From an uncultured Bacilli bacterium (lineage in GTDB: Bacteria > Bacillota_I > Bacilli_A > RF39 > UBA660), in assembly GCA_944373095.1 (NCBI GenBank), contig CALWAK010000001.1, forward strand, positions 12,719 to 76,718: DNA of 64,000 nt, given 5' to 3'. Shown piece by piece: positions 18,801-29,130 of the stretch. The translations under genes and the position numbers were made by a program. Under the pieces are notes generated by a model. It was given only the letters and a program-made list of their open reading frames with translations, was not told where the DNA came from and ran no database searches. Positions within the stretch are counted from its first letter, which is position 1, and each line of letters opens with the position of its first letter.

Positions 18801-20305
18801 TATAAATGGATTCCACTTTGACCATTATAAGTACTATATCCCTTAAATCCATCTACATTGCTTGGATAAAAACCATTTTGAAATATTTTTAGCGAAGTAC
18901 AAGTATTTTGAGTAGTGCTACTAGAACTATTGCTAGTATTAAAATTATTTCCTAAAATACCACTAACTTGGCCGTTATTTATCAAACCATTTATGATATC
19001 TTCTAATTTTACCGAATTATTATTGCCTTGAATACTATTTAAAATATTAGTAATAGTTTCATTGCTATTTCCACCTAAAATAACGTTAATTGCATCTTTG
19101 ATAACTGTGCTACTATATTTATTTATAGTATCACTAATAATTTTATCAATATTACCAGTATTTCCGTCCTTAATTACTTGATTAACAATATCAGTTAACA
19201 TATTTTTAATAGTATTATTAACATTTACATCATTTCCTATAGAAGTACTAATTGTTCTTGGATCAAATTGAATTAAACTATAAAAGCAATTAGTTGGAAC
19301 AGCTTGATTTTTTCCAATATATTTATAACCATCTTCACAAACGTAATATCCACCAGGGCTTGTCATAGATATTCCATCTTGACCTAAAACAATACCACCA
19401 ACTTTAGTATTAATTATAGCTTGAGGACTAATTCCATAATTTCCTTTATTATCAGAAGAAACATCTATCTTTAAAGTATATGAATCTACACCTAAATTTG
19501 ATATAGCTTCACTAGTCTTACAAGTAATTGAACAGCTTCCATTATTTGTAGCTGTAATATTTACCTTTCCGTCTACAACTAAATAACTTGCAACACCACA
19601 AGTACCACTACAAGACTCAGTTGAGAAATTTTTATTTAAATTTAGAAGTGTGCCTAATTGAAATGTTACATCATCTCCAGTGGTAGTATCTGTTGAACCG
19701 CCTGTTGAACTAGAGCCAGAGCCGGTTGAACTAGAACCACCTGAACTTGTTGAACCACCGGTTGAACTAGAATCACCTGTTGAATCTTGATGTTCTGAAT
19801 CATCTTCTTTAGTCACATTAACTCGATAAAGATTGTTGCCAACATAAGCAATTGCAAAGCAAGTTTTATTTTCAGCAACTAGTTTACATGAAGTATTCCC
19901 ATTGCTATCTTTAGTTGCTGTTGTTTTAAGACAGCTCTCATCACTAGATTTACAAGTAGGTGATTCAGATGTTACCGATAAAGATCCCATTGAACTTCCA
20001 TATTCTAAATTCAAATATCTAATTCTACCAACTTTAACAGTATAATTTTTGTATCCATCATTACCAACTGATACATTAGCAACGCAACTTTGACCATATG
20101 CTTTTAAAGTACATACGTTATCTTTTAAAAGTGCAGATACACAAGCTTTATTATAACTAACGCAAACATTAGAATCACTAAATTCCATTTCTTGAAATGG
20201 ATATAAATAAGCATCACTTGCATTAACTTTAAAACCAAAACCAAATATACATATTAAAGAAAATAATGATATTGATAATTTTTTATAATTAACTAATTTT
20301 TTCAT
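15809..20305 (-). CDS. Giant secreted Cys-rich protein, paralog 1 (1498 aa); putative adhesin
   Basis: Sec signal MKKLVNYKKLSISLFSLICIFGFGFKVNA, an S/G/T-rich linker and many Cys. Conserved blocks shared with 5162..8809. Start overlaps the upstream stop (ATGA). Confidence 0.65.
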   Translation of the reverse strand: MKKLVNYKKLSISLFSLICIFGFGFKVNASDAYLYPFQEMEFSDSNVCVSYNKACVSALLKDNVCTLKAYGQSCVANVSVGNDGYKNYTVKVGRIRYLNLEYGSSMGSLSVTSESPTCKSSDESCLKTTATKDSNGNTSCKLVAENKTCFAIAYVGNNLYRVNVTKEDDSEHQDSTGDSSSTGGSTSSGGSSSTGSGSSSTGGSTDTTTGDDVTFQLGTLLNLNKNFSTESCSGTCGVASYLVVDGKVNITATNNGSCSITCKTSEAISNLGVDSYTLKIDVSSDNKGNYGISPQAIINTKVGGIVLGQDGISMTSPGGYYVCEDGYKYIGKNQAVPTNCFYSLIQFDPRTISTSIGNDVNVNNTIKNMLTDIVNQVIKDGNTGNIDKIISDTINKYSSTVIKDAINVILGGNSNETITNILNSIQGNNNSVKLEDIINGLINNGQVSGILGNNFNTSNSSSSTTQNTCTSLKIFQNGFYPSNVDGFKGYSTYNGQSGIHLYEATANCTDDKTTIYDAFCIDPAMHGPHQKENGDSRSYYNITDTVDLNTEFGRAIYILYRDYYANTGKTAKDLYIATQVSRFLLGKIKDGKYEFLGWDNGPYKDKAQAYMNSAVTSDVRAIYEDVLNKAKSEDFSASEVSIDVSHSSGDNVEDGIKFIVTAKNVTDISKVTDLNLYVVDNNTKKDISSMFTISKGEWKQKDKDYVMEVTVKAFNLDEDVCEVILLASAKYNGENDVANIGIATSTTSSGTLQRFLIFNKSGVSNINDYENFKVNKTCNSNSACTPVAEYTCDDASSVTYVVEGTEAKDSNVKWESCIIGEEGEDGNVSGGKDPNGNTYELQEDNGYCAIYCKEDYAFKVPGNLNQYSANGNGFAQGRYISINLDKHYHAVAGLAGQKTCVTSEVMTEKFLKDSVEQKKDLLDAVNRYYKYKAQKEALENSDCLDDPTSNSIINYTYSIYKFENSSTSHDIIESNIVLLTSSASHRLIVEGSKNSQTSGTGNNIIDNIFGNSIKKNNYNELLSNINNGISTAQKDYNDALNKLNNQVDKIQDCTTWTDEEKLKDSYEFEPEIRFDYAENEYIDMMNGNNKLQPEKEVTSTTLGYYCEDNKETVVETGSCSTSVSDDNKITVKVPNSSIENATKSTDEIYYEYKRITGIVKYGDPGVALDGTRKEPELIYYKSSVPFYTHPNKGIVTTDNTDDSTLIDIGDKNRPDGTKPDGLVYPIKLTTPAGIYDYKLTFKNIGQYFMTDDTLGRIMGNNNGQEGYLTVNESDSYLCKYTVCAIDDPNCDNTPDGNEVCSNILASDVCKSGDIEDLDECISALLDKECCDEVINLNKMTINMVDRYNAVCPKQKYCQGFGIIEGNNGTSNDTGSAIIVNGKLEFTPKSVSLNNLFPNSSDSKGFNWVGTTHDGTSIGSIIEDIESAGESIYNNEPDFKIVINATCRAKILEYNNTQENNSLGFNDYTLSMNSSGTYDTSTFLAQLEAAGCIVEKDFD

Positions 20306-21015
20306 TTTTTCTTTCCCTTTCTCTTATAAACTTTTATATAAAATATGTATCCCCCAGCACTTAAACAAGCAACTAATATTGCAATTGGAACCCAATTGTT
20401 TTTTAATAAATCTACTGCTTGTCCTATTATCCCTTCTTTATCCTCTTCTTCCTTTCTTTTTGCATAATCTTCAATTCCTTTATAAAATTCTTTTTCAGAA
20501 ATATTATCTAAAAAAACAAATTCACTACAGTAATAATAATCAGGATACTCATCACATTGACTATATATACTAAATAAATTATAACGTGGAATCGAAATAT
20601 CAATTGTACGAATAACATTATCTATACATGAAGAATCAGTAGCGTAAACTTCTATCTTATATTTTTTTACTTCATTAGCCATCCCTGTTCCAACATATAT
20701 AACATTGTCAGCTGAAACATCATCTATTGTATATTTTCTAGAATTTCCATTATTATCTATAACATTTATATAAATATCTTCAGTTATATTATAAATATGA
20801 ATTAACCCATACCAATAAGAATCAGTTACATACTCTCCATATGTTTCATCATAATAGTCATTCTCATACAAAAAGGTTTCATACTCTGCCCTAACTGCAC
20901 CTGCAGCATTGTTTATTTTTGCTTGTGTTTCATAGTCACATTCAGCATATACGTAGTTTGTAAAACATAAAAATAACATAAAAGGTACAAGCACTAAAAC
21001 CTTTTTCATTTTCAT
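20302..21015 (-). CDS. Small type-I membrane protein (signal peptide + C-terminal TM), cassette-1 copy
   Basis: MKMKKVLVLVPFMLFLCFTNYVYA signal and C-terminal TM (WVPIAILVACLSAGGYIFYI). Paralog of 8815..9528. Start set at the ATG at 21015, preceded by GGGTGGTG. Confidence 0.55.
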   Translation of the reverse strand: MKMKKVLVLVPFMLFLCFTNYVYAECDYETQAKINNAAGAVRAEYETFLYENDYYDETYGEYVTDSYWYGLIHIYNITEDIYINVIDNNGNSRKYTIDDVSADNVIYVGTGMANEVKKYKIEVYATDSSCIDNVIRTIDISIPRYNLFSIYSQCDEYPDYYYCSEFVFLDNISEKEFYKGIEDYAKRKEEEDKEGIIGQAVDLLKNNWVPIAILVACLSAGGYIFYIKVYKRKGKKK

Positions 21016-21040
21016 AGCACCACCCACATTTCTACATTTA

Positions 21041-21069
21041 ATTCTATCATGAATATAGTAATCTTACAA
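21041..21069 (-). promoter_or_regulatory. Sigma-A-type promoter for the Tad-like/cassette-1 operon
   Basis: Minus-strand TTGTAA-N17-TAGAAT, about 25 nt upstream of the first cassette gene. Confidence 0.4.
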
Positions 21070-21120
21070 GTACTATTAATTTAAAGTTTATTGCAAAAAA
21101 ATCTTTAAATTATTATTTAA

Positions 21121-21150
21121 TAGGAAAATAAAAACACTTTATAATAAAGT
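21121..21150 (-). terminator. Weak AT-rich hairpin plus U-tract after dnaJ
   Basis: Transcript ACUUUA-UAA-UAAAGU followed by GUUUUUAUUUUCC. Confidence 0.3.
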
Positions 21151-21160
21151 ATAAAGCGTC

Positions 21161-22297
21161 TTAATCTAAATATTTATTTATTTCTTTAAATTCTGGATTA
21201 ACTTCTAAATTTGTTTCATCTAATTCCTTAAATAACTCTTTTTGCTTACGATCTAACTTAGTTGGTGTCATAACTTTAATAGTAATATACATATCACCTT
21301 TACGATGAGTATTAGGATTTTCTACTCCTTTACCCTTTATTCTAAGTTTAGTACCTGATTGAGTGCCAGCATCTATAGCTAAAACAACATTACCATATAT
21401 TGTAGGTACCTCTTTTTTACATCCAAAGATTGCTTCTGTTATAGTTATTGGTAAATTAATATTAATATCATCTTCTTCACGTTTAAATAAAGGATGTTCT
21501 TTTACTTTAAATTCAATATATATATCACCATTAGCACCGCCATTAGTACCGCTTGAACCTTTACCACTAATTCTTAGTTGAGTTCCGTTTGATACACCTG
21601 CTGGTACACTTACTTCAATAGTCTTATTTTTTACACAAACACCTTTACCACGACATTTACTACAAGTTCTTTTAAAAGATTTTCCAGCCCCGTTACAATC
21701 AGGACACGTAGTTTCACTTTGAAAAGTACCAAACATTGTTCTTTGAACTTGAACTACTCTACCACGACCTTTACATGTACTACAAGTAGTTGCATCAAAA
21801 CCACCGGCACCTCCACATTCATCACATTTATCATTTAAATCAAGATTAATTTCTTTAGTGCAACCAAATACAGCTTCCTCAAATGTTAATGATATTCTAA
21901 CTAGACTATCTTCACCCTTAGTAGCTCTATTTTTATTTCTTCCGCCACCAAAGCCGCCAAAACCAAAGGCTCCACCAAATAAATCACGGAATAAATCATC
22001 AGTATCAAAATCTGCAAAATTGCCAAATCCACCAAAGCCACCAAAACCACCGCCGGCAGCATTACCAGTTCCATCAAAGGCAGCTGAACCAAATTGATCA
22101 TAAGTTTTACGCTTTTCAGGATCTCCTAAAATACTGTAAGCTTCACCAATTTCTTTAAATTTTTCTTCAGCACCTGGTTCTTTATTAATATCAGGGTGAT
22201 ATTTTTTAGCTAGTTTTCTAAATGCTGATTTAATTTCATCTTGACTAGCATTTTTATCTACACCTAATATTTCATAATAATCTTTATTCTTTGCCAT
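21161..22297 (-). CDS. dnaJ: Molecular chaperone DnaJ
   Basis: J-domain ([30 protein letters not shown]), G/F-rich region, and four CxxCxGxG zinc-finger repeats. RBS AGGAGGTAAT. Confidence 0.92.
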   Translation of the reverse strand: MAKNKDYYEILGVDKNASQDEIKSAFRKLAKKYHPDINKEPGAEEKFKEIGEAYSILGDPEKRKTYDQFGSAAFDGTGNAAGGGFGGFGGFGNFADFDTDDLFRDLFGGAFGFGGFGGGRNKNRATKGEDSLVRISLTFEEAVFGCTKEINLDLNDKCDECGGAGGFDATTCSTCKGRGRVVQVQRTMFGTFQSETTCPDCNGAGKSFKRTCSKCRGKGVCVKNKTIEVSVPAGVSNGTQLRISGKGSSGTNGGANGDIYIEFKVKEHPLFKREEDDININLPITITEAIFGCKKEVPTIYGNVVLAIDAGTQSGTKLRIKGKGVENPNTHRKGDMYITIKVMTPTKLDRKQKELFKELDETNLEVNPEFKEINKYLD

Positions 22298-24083
22298 TAT
22301 TATTACCTCCTACTAAATTTTCTAATTCTTTAACTTTACTATCAAATATTTCTAATGCATCTTTAATAGGTTCTTCTAAAGTACTATCAATATCAGCAAG
22401 TTTTAAAGTATCAAGTGGATATTTAGATGAACCACTGCTTAAAAATTCGATATATTTTTTATAATAGTTATTATCTTTTTTTAATTTACTTATTATTGAA
22501 AGTGCTATTATAAAACCTGATGCATACTTATATACGTAAAATGGGCTATAAAAATGAGGTATTCTTGACCATTCATATTTTATTTCATCATCATAAATTA
22601 CTGTATTACCATAATAAAATTTATTTAATTCTAAATAAGTATTATTTAAATATTCTGGACTAATAGTAGTACCATTTTGATAAGCAGTATATACTTTAGT
22701 TTCAAATTCACTAAACATTAATTGCCTAAAAACAGTAGTTCTAAACTTTTCTAAAAAACTATTTAAATAATATATCTTTTCTTTTTTACTTTTAGCATTA
22801 TTAATAAAATATTCATCTATTAAACATTCATTAACAGTAGATGCTATCTCTGCTAAAAATATTGAATAATTATGATATGGAAAATCTTGAGTTTTATTAG
22901 AATAATATGAATGCATTGCATGACCTAATTCATGGGCAAGAGTACTTACTGAATTAAAATCATCCATATAATTTATTGATACACATGGGCTTATATTATA
23001 AGCTGCTATTTCATAAGCACCACTTCTCTTACCTATATTTTCATACTTATCAATCCATTTTTCTTTAAAAGCATTTTCTAGCATCTTTAAATAATCTTTT
23101 CCAAGTGGTTTTAATACATCAAATAAAATATCTTTACCTTTAGCAAATGGTATTTTTATATCAATACTATTTTCTAAATTTAAATATAAATCATACATAT
23201 GCATATTCTTAATATTTAAATATTTTTTTCTAAGTAATTCATATTTTCTTAAAGTATCTATACCATTATGAATCTTACTTGTTAAATTATTATAGAATTG
23301 AGTACTAATATTATCTTCAAATAAAGACATATCTAAAACTGAGTTATATCCTCTTAAATCACTTACAAAAGATGATTCTTTAATACTAGCTAAATATAGG
23401 GAACTTAAAGTATTATTTAAATTTTTATAATATTTATATAGTTTCTTAAAAGCACTACGTCTAATAGAGGCATCTTCATTATTTAAAAACAAATGATAAT
23501 TTTCACTAGTTAATTCTATTTTTTTATTATTTAATAAAATACTTCCTAACTTTATATCAGTATTATCAATATTTTCAAAGATATCACTACTATTACATAA
23601 ATTTATTAATGCTTTACTTAAAACACTTTCTTTTTCTTCACTCAAAGAATATTTTTTACTTCTAAATAATTCTATAAAATAAAAATCATATTTTATAAGT
23701 GGAGTATTAATAATTAAAGACTTAATATAATCATAATTAGATTTTAATAGTTCTGGTTCAACAAAACTTAATTTTACTACGACATCCTCAATAGCTTTAT
23801 TAATCTTTTCTCTTAAACCTAACGCACTAGCATTAGTCATATCTTGATAAAAGTTTATCTCGCCATAAACGCTTAAACGTTCTAAAATAATTTCTAATTT
23901 TTCATAGGTAATTAAAAATTTTTCTAAACTAGAATAATTATCTAAGATATGATTTTTTAAATTTAATATTTCTAAACAATAAGTATTTAAATCTTCAATA
24001 TCTTTATTAATTTCTACTTCTGTTTTATAAAATTTTGTTAAATCCCATTTATCTGAAATATTTATATCTTCTCTTTTTTTCAT
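22284..24083 (-). CDS. pepF: Oligoendopeptidase F (M3 family)
   Basis: [12 protein letters not shown] HExxH motif and about 600-aa length. N-terminus KWDLTKFYK is typical of PepF. Start set at the ATG at 24083 with RBS GGGAG; the track start is GTG. Confidence 0.75.
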   Translation of the reverse strand: MKKREDINISDKWDLTKFYKTEVEINKDIEDLNTYCLEILNLKNHILDNYSSLEKFLITYEKLEIILERLSVYGEINFYQDMTNASALGLREKINKAIEDVVVKLSFVEPELLKSNYDYIKSLIINTPLIKYDFYFIELFRSKKYSLSEEKESVLSKALINLCNSSDIFENIDNTDIKLGSILLNNKKIELTSENYHLFLNNEDASIRRSAFKKLYKYYKNLNNTLSSLYLASIKESSFVSDLRGYNSVLDMSLFEDNISTQFYNNLTSKIHNGIDTLRKYELLRKKYLNIKNMHMYDLYLNLENSIDIKIPFAKGKDILFDVLKPLGKDYLKMLENAFKEKWIDKYENIGKRSGAYEIAAYNISPCVSINYMDDFNSVSTLAHELGHAMHSYYSNKTQDFPYHNYSIFLAEIASTVNECLIDEYFINNAKSKKEKIYYLNSFLEKFRTTVFRQLMFSEFETKVYTAYQNGTTISPEYLNNTYLELNKFYYGNTVIYDDEIKYEWSRIPHFYSPFYVYKYASGFIIALSIISKLKKDNNYYKKYIEFLSSGSSKYPLDTLKLADIDSTLEEPIKDALEIFDSKVKELENLVGGNNNGKE

Positions 24084-24084
24084 A

Positions 24085-25353
24085 TTATAAACTCCCACAA
24101 ATAATTATATCATTTAGTAGTAAAGAAGGACTAGATATTCTACTATTAAATTCTTTTAAATCACTACCTACTTCTAAAACGTTATTTAATATTTCTATAA
24201 TATTACTTTGTAAAATAATCATATTTAATGGTTTAATAATTATGCCATTTTCAACAAGTAGTCCTGTTGCTTGTAATGAAATATCGCCATTTCTAGTATT
24301 TATACCACTATGCATTCCTTCAATACGATTAATAATTATACCATTTTGCATAATACTTATTAATTCATTATAAGATTTATTACCTTCTTTAATATGAAAA
24401 TTACGTACTCCATAAGAATTACCAGTTTTTTCTTCCTTATTTTTAAGAGCATATTCTAAATTATTATATGTTTTTACAAATATACCATTAGAAACATATT
24501 CTTTATTATAGGTTAGTGTACCTTCGTCATCAAAATGTCTAGTTGAAACAAATTTAGTATTTACTGGTTCTTCAATAATACTTATTTTATCACTAAATAC
24601 TTTTTGATTAAGTTTATCTGTTAAAAAAGATAATTTCATATCTATATTTCTTGTACTAAAAGAAGGAATAAAAGTACTTAATATATCTTTTACTACATTA
24701 TTATTTAATAAAACTGTATATTTATTAGTATTTATAGAAGTTTCATCAAACTTAATTTTAATATAATTAATTAGTTTTATAACTTCTTCTTTAATGCTAT
24801 TAAAATCATAATTATTAGTATAAATACTTATATAATCACTTTTAACAATATTATTTTTCTCTCCACTTATAGATACATATATATAGTTACTATGAGTATT
24901 ATCAGTCATATAATTATTTTTATTTTTAATACTTATATCCATATAATTATATGAATAACTAGCTTCAATATTTTTTATAAAAGAATACTCTTTTTTTAAA
25001 TCATATAAACTTAATAAATCTTCTTTTACTTTTTTAAAATCAGGTTTACTAAATTCTTTATTTATATTTTCATAACTATTAATACTTAATATATTTTTAT
25101 TATCATTATCACTAAGTATAAATGTCTTATTTAATTCACTAATTATATAATCAGGATTAGATAAATCTTCACTAACATAGAAAATACATTTATCATCTTT
25201 AATTGCTTTTATATTATGTTTAGTTGTATTAGATATATAAAAATTTTCAAGAGTAGAATTTAATACCGAAATTTGGGCAGAATATTCTTTTTTAGAACAG
25301 ACTTCTAAATCAATATTATTTTCTTTGGCTAAATTAATTAATTTATCAATCAT
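24085..25353 (-). CDS. pmbA: TldE/PmbA-family metalloprotease subunit
   Basis: C-terminus GMHSGINTRNGDISLQATGLLVENGIIIKPL is typical of the PmbA/TldD family. Translationally coupled to tldD (overlap). Confidence 0.65.
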   Translation of the reverse strand: MIDKLINLAKENNIDLEVCSKKEYSAQISVLNSTLENFYISNTTKHNIKAIKDDKCIFYVSEDLSNPDYIISELNKTFILSDNDNKNILSINSYENINKEFSKPDFKKVKEDLLSLYDLKKEYSFIKNIEASYSYNYMDISIKNKNNYMTDNTHSNYIYVSISGEKNNIVKSDYISIYTNNYDFNSIKEEVIKLINYIKIKFDETSINTNKYTVLLNNNVVKDILSTFIPSFSTRNIDMKLSFLTDKLNQKVFSDKISIIEEPVNTKFVSTRHFDDEGTLTYNKEYVSNGIFVKTYNNLEYALKNKEEKTGNSYGVRNFHIKEGNKSYNELISIMQNGIIINRIEGMHSGINTRNGDISLQATGLLVENGIIIKPLNMIILQSNIIEILNNVLEVGSDLKEFNSRISSPSLLLNDIIICGSL

Positions 25354-26707
25354 TTTTTATTCCTCCAACTAATATTTCAGATACTTTTATTGTTGGCTCG
25401 CCAATTGTAACAGGAACCATTCCACTTGCTGCTCCACACATTCCAGCACCAAATTCTAAATCATTAGATACCATTTCAATTTTATTTAGAATATCTAATG
25501 TATTTCCAATTAAACTAGCACCTTTTACACATTCACAGACTTTACCATCACGTATCATATAAGCAGTAGCAACACCAAAATTAAAGTCTCCTGTTTCTGG
25601 ATTAACTGACCCACCATTCATTTCTTTAGCATATAAACCATATTTGATACTTTTTATCATATCATCGATAGAGTCATCTTTTGGTTCTAAATAAGTATTA
25701 TTCATTCTTGATACAGGAGGATAATAATATGATTCTCTTCTTGATGAACCAGTTAAATTCATCTTTAATAAACGATTATTTATCGTATCATTTAAATAGT
25801 TTACTAATATACCATCCTTAATTAAATAGTTTTTCTTTGTATTATATCCCTCATCATCAATTACAGTTGTACCCCATAAATTAGGAATAGTTCCATCATC
25901 AATAATAGTTACTTTATTAGAAGCAATTTTCTTACCAATCATATTACTTAAAACTGATCTATTACGCGCTGTAGCGTTTGCTTCCATCGCATGACCACAT
26001 GCTTCATGAAATATAACAGCTCCAAAACCTGGACCTAAAATAACAGGCATTTTCTTTCCAACACAATTTTTAGCATATAATTTATCTATTCCATATTTAA
26101 CTAAATCTTCTAAATTTTTATCTATATTACGATTTAAAATATCTTTAATAGTACTCCTCCCCCAATTATAACTTGAAGTTGATACTAAATCATTATCTTT
26201 AAATGTAACAGATATATAAAATCTAGCATAACATCTAGATTCATTATTATATAATCCAGTATGATTAGAAACAGTAATATCTTTTAAAATCTCGGTAAAA
26301 CTTAATGATACTTGATCAATTCTTTTATCCATTAAACGAATTTTATGATTTAACTTATTCATATAATCTTTAACTAAGTTATCATCTAAAAATTCATTAT
26401 TTATACTTTTATAAATCTTCATATCATCTAGCTTTATATCTTTATATAATACTTTGCTATCTAAATTACTTATTAAATCTAAAACAACATCTAAAGAATT
26501 ATTATTGTTTATAGCTGCATAATATACTTCATTATCTTTAGCAATCCTAAGACCAATACCTTTATCTAACTTATTATCTATTTTTTGTAACTTATTATCT
26601 AAATAAGTAAATACCTTCGTTTTTGTATCTTCTAAATATACTTCAGCAAAATCAGCTCCCGTAGAGCACATTTTATTAAGTAATTGTTCTAGTTTTTCTT
26701 TTCCCAT
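25346..26707 (-). CDS. tldD: TldD-family metalloprotease
   Basis: FHEACGHAMEANA (HExxxH) TldD motif. Start set at the ATG at 26707 with RBS GAGGG; the track start is TTG. Confidence 0.72.
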   Translation of the reverse strand: MGKEKLEQLLNKMCSTGADFAEVYLEDTKTKVFTYLDNKLQKIDNKLDKGIGLRIAKDNEVYYAAINNNNSLDVVLDLISNLDSKVLYKDIKLDDMKIYKSINNEFLDDNLVKDYMNKLNHKIRLMDKRIDQVSLSFTEILKDITVSNHTGLYNNESRCYARFYISVTFKDNDLVSTSSYNWGRSTIKDILNRNIDKNLEDLVKYGIDKLYAKNCVGKKMPVILGPGFGAVIFHEACGHAMEANATARNRSVLSNMIGKKIASNKVTIIDDGTIPNLWGTTVIDDEGYNTKKNYLIKDGILVNYLNDTINNRLLKMNLTGSSRRESYYYPPVSRMNNTYLEPKDDSIDDMIKSIKYGLYAKEMNGGSVNPETGDFNFGVATAYMIRDGKVCECVKGASLIGNTLDILNKIEMVSNDLEFGAGMCGAASGMVPVTIGEPTIKVSEILVGGIKND

Positions 26708-26715
26708 TTTTTCCC

Positions 26716-26747
26716 TCAAAAATTATTGGGGAAGATATTTCTTCCCC
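26716..26747 (-). terminator. Intra-operon attenuator/partial terminator between dnaK and tldD
   Basis: Perfect 8-bp stem GGGGAAGA-uauu-UCUUCCCC, followed by AAUAAUUUUU on the minus-strand transcript. Confidence 0.4.
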
Positions 26748-26755
26748 AAGTCAAA

Positions 26756-28582
26756 TTATTTTTCTTCGTATTTAGCTTCTTTAATATCATCAGCATTATT
26801 ATTTGTTTCGGTTGAATCAGTATTAGCATTTGCTTGGTTAGCTTTAGCAGCTTCTTCATAAACTTTGCTTGCATAACTAATAGCAATGTCATTTAATTCT
26901 TTAGTAACATTTTTAATTTTATCTACATCATCACTATTTAGTGCTTCTCTTACTTCATTAATCTTATCTTCAGCTTTCTTCTTATCATCAGCACTTACTT
27001 TATCACCTAAATCTTTTAATGATTTTTCAGTTTGGAAGATTGTTGCATCAGCTTCATTTTTAGCTTCTGCTAATGCTTTTTTCTTATCATCAGCTTCTTT
27101 ATTAGCTTCTGCTTCTTTTTTCATCTTTTCTATTTCTTCATCAGATAAGTTTGTAGAAGATGTAATAGTAATTGATTGTTCTTTATTAGTTCCTAAATCT
27201 TTAGCTGTAACATTAACAATACCATTAGCATCAATATCAAATTTAACTTCAATTTGAGGAACACCACGTGGTGCTGCTGGAATGCTATCTAATCTAAAGT
27301 TTCCTAAAGTCTTGTTATCAGATGCCATTGGTCTTTCACCTTGAAGTACATGAATATCAACAGCAGGTTGATTATCAGCAGCAGTAGAGAATACTTGTGA
27401 CTTACTTGTTGGAATAGTAGTATTACGAGGAATTAATACAGTCATAACATTACCCATAGTTTCAATACCAAGTGATAATGGAGTAACATCTAGTAATACT
27501 AAGTCATCTACTTCACCAGTTAGTACGCCACCTTGAATTGCAGCACCCATTGAAACAACTTCATCTGGGTTAACTTCTTTAGAAGGTTCCTTACCAAGAT
27601 CTTTTTTAACTAATTCTTGAATATATGGAATACGAGTTGAACCACCAACTAATAATACTTTATCAATATCACTAGCACTTAATTTAGCATCTTTTAATGC
27701 TTTATGAACAGCATCTAATGTTGAATCAAATAAGTCTTTATTTAATTCTTCAAATTTAGCTCTGTTTAAAGTCATATTTAAATGTAATGGTCCTTCACTA
27801 CTTTGGGCAATAAATGGAATAGAAATTTCTGCACTCATCATACCAGATAAGTCTTTCTTAGCTTTTTCAGCTGCATCTTTAATTCTTTGCATTGCCATTT
27901 TATCAGTAGATAAATCAACACCATTTTCTTTTTTAAATTCAGAAACTAAATAATCCATTACTCTTTGGTCGAAGTCATCGCCACCTAAATGGTTGTTACC
28001 AGCAGTTGATTTAACTTCAAAAACACCATCACCTAAATCTAGAATAGAAACATCAAATGTTCCACCACCTAAATCGTAAACTAAAATAGTATGTGTTTTT
28101 TCTTGTTTATCAATACCATATGCTAATGCTGCTGCTGTTGGTTCATTAATAATTCTTTCAACATCTAAACCAGCAATTTTACCAGCATTCTTAGTTGCTT
28201 GTCTTTGAGAATCGTTAAAGTAAGCAGGAACTGTAATAACAGCTTTAGTTACTTTTTCTCCTAAGTATGCTTCAGCATCACTTTTTAATTTCATTAAAAT
28301 CTTAGCAGAAATCTCTTCTGGTGTATATTTCTTACCATTAGCTTCTACTTTTTCATCAGTACCCATTTTTCTTTTAATACTAGAAATAGTATTTTTTACA
28401 TTAGTTACTGCTTGTCTTTTAGCTGTTTCACCAACTAATTCTTCACCATCAGCTTTAAATGCTACTACAGATGGAGTAGTTCTATTGCCTTCTGGATTCG
28501 GAATTACTTTTGGAACACCACCTTCTAATACAGATACACATGAATTTGTTGTACCTAAATCTATACCTATAATTTTACTCAT
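26756..28582 (-). CDS. dnaK: Molecular chaperone DnaK (Hsp70)
   Basis: [22 protein letters not shown]..., DLGGGTFD, and an EEVD-less C-terminus. RBS AAAGGTGAT. Confidence 0.97.
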   Translation of the reverse strand: MSKIIGIDLGTTNSCVSVLEGGVPKVIPNPEGNRTTPSVVAFKADGEELVGETAKRQAVTNVKNTISSIKRKMGTDEKVEANGKKYTPEEISAKILMKLKSDAEAYLGEKVTKAVITVPAYFNDSQRQATKNAGKIAGLDVERIINEPTAAALAYGIDKQEKTHTILVYDLGGGTFDVSILDLGDGVFEVKSTAGNNHLGGDDFDQRVMDYLVSEFKKENGVDLSTDKMAMQRIKDAAEKAKKDLSGMMSAEISIPFIAQSSEGPLHLNMTLNRAKFEELNKDLFDSTLDAVHKALKDAKLSASDIDKVLLVGGSTRIPYIQELVKKDLGKEPSKEVNPDEVVSMGAAIQGGVLTGEVDDLVLLDVTPLSLGIETMGNVMTVLIPRNTTIPTSKSQVFSTAADNQPAVDIHVLQGERPMASDNKTLGNFRLDSIPAAPRGVPQIEVKFDIDANGIVNVTAKDLGTNKEQSITITSSTNLSDEEIEKMKKEAEANKEADDKKKALAEAKNEADATIFQTEKSLKDLGDKVSADDKKKAEDKINEVREALNSDDVDKIKNVTKELNDIAISYASKVYEEAAKANQANANTDSTETNNNADDIKEAKYEEK

Positions 28583-28599
28583 AATTAATCACCTTTCTT

Positions 28600-29130
28600 T
28601 TATTCATTTACCTTAACCATCGCAGGTCTTAGTAATTTATCTTTATACATATAACCTTTTTGTAACACATCCAAAACAACCCCTTGTTCTTCTTCGATTA
28701 TTTGTTCAGTTAATACTGCTTCCATAAGATTTGGATCAAACGGTTTATGTAAGCATTCAATTTCTACTACCCCAATACTTTTTAAAGTATTAATCATATT
28801 AACATAGATCATTTTAAAGCCTTCTAAATACTTTTCATTTTCCGAAGTATCCATTGCAATAGCACGTTCAAAATTATCTATAATAGGTAGTAAATTTTTG
28901 ATTAAATCAGCTCCTTCATATTTTGCCATATTAGCTTTAGTTTCTTCAAACCTACGCATCATATTTTGCATCTCAGCTGATAATCTTAAAACTTTATCAT
29001 TTAATTTAGAGTTTTCTAATTTTAAATTTTCTAACTCTTTATTTTCCTTTTTATCTTTATGTTTATCTTTAGCTTTATGTTGTTCTTCTTTTACAACTTT
29101 CTTTTCTTCTTCCATATTAAGATTCATCAC
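28600..29130 (-). CDS. grpE: Nucleotide exchange factor GrpE
   Basis: Coiled-coil N-terminus and a GrpE C-terminal domain (DPNLMEAV...GYMYKDKLLRPAMVKV). Confidence 0.85.
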   Translation of the reverse strand: MMNLNMEEEKKVVKEEQHKAKDKHKDKKENKELENLKLENSKLNDKVLRLSAEMQNMMRRFEETKANMAKYEGADLIKNLLPIIDNFERAIAMDTSENEKYLEGFKMIYVNMINTLKSIGVVEIECLHKPFDPNLMEAVLTEQIIEEEQGVVLDVLQKGYMYKDKLLRPAMVKVNE

